Positions 63,808 to 64,000 of a stretch of 64,000 nucleotides of DNA are shown piece by piece. The position numbers were made by a program, and so were the translations under genes. Numbering within the stretch: the stretch's first letter is position 1; the number at the start of each line of letters is the position of its first letter. The notes beneath the pieces are model-generated. The model had not been told where the DNA came from, made no database searches, and worked only from the letters and a program-made list of their open reading frames with translations. This DNA comes from Blastocystis sp. Blastoise. Lineage: Eukaryota; Protista; Bigyra: Opalinata. Location: assembly GCA_039096225.1 (NCBI GenBank), contig JBBPEB010000002.1:1054001-1118000 (forward strand). Reading direction: 5' to 3'.

Positions 63808-63878
63808 TAGTGTTGTTGGTGTTCATATTGAGAGAGAAGGAAATGAAGAAGATCTTTATGCTTCCTCTGTTATCATAT
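62947..63878 (+). CDS. Soluble FAD-dependent fumarate reductase, Osm1/Frd1 flavocytochrome type; runs off the right edge
   Basis: IVILGAGLAG, GGGNSTKASSGI, GIVDS, QCGGHSAPRTH, VVGV. Confidence 0.88.
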
Positions 63879-64000
63879 GTATATATATATATATATATAG
63901 TATACTATAAACAATCAACAAATATTATTATGTTTATTTTGTTTAACTTATATTCACTATTATTATATTTATTATACTTATTATTATACTTATTATTATA

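Overview
An extremely AT-rich (visually about 20% GC or less, not computed), gene-dense and intron-dense eukaryotic nuclear segment. By splicing exons by hand I reconstruct about 25 protein-coding genes and one tRNA-Lys(CUU). Recognisable genes: bL17m, Rpt2, an ENGase fusion, Ada1, NPRL2, U2AF65-like, TRM1, GET3, BCD1, PrsW, ALG2, WBP4-like, EBP2, WIPI3, Ariadne, ERG8 and an Osm1-type fumarate reductase. Gene content and intron style suggest an anaerobic stramenopile such as a low-GC Blastocystis or a relative (inference only). Most short ORFs in the supplied track are intron read-through or antisense artefacts. Main observations: (1) downstream introns are bracketed by self-complementary (TA)n tracts instead of a polypyrimidine tract, and the U2AF65-like gene in the window has lost the RNA-stacking aromatics of both RRMs and its ULM tryptophan; (2) four clear U12-type AT-AC introns; (3) a strongly over-represented GC-rich quasi-palindromic motif YCRCGGGRAT embedded in exons in several frames and on both strands; (4) a PUB-lectin-GH85 ENGase fusion; (5) two non-canonical junctions (GT-AC and TT-AG) that each mimic the spliced mRNA.
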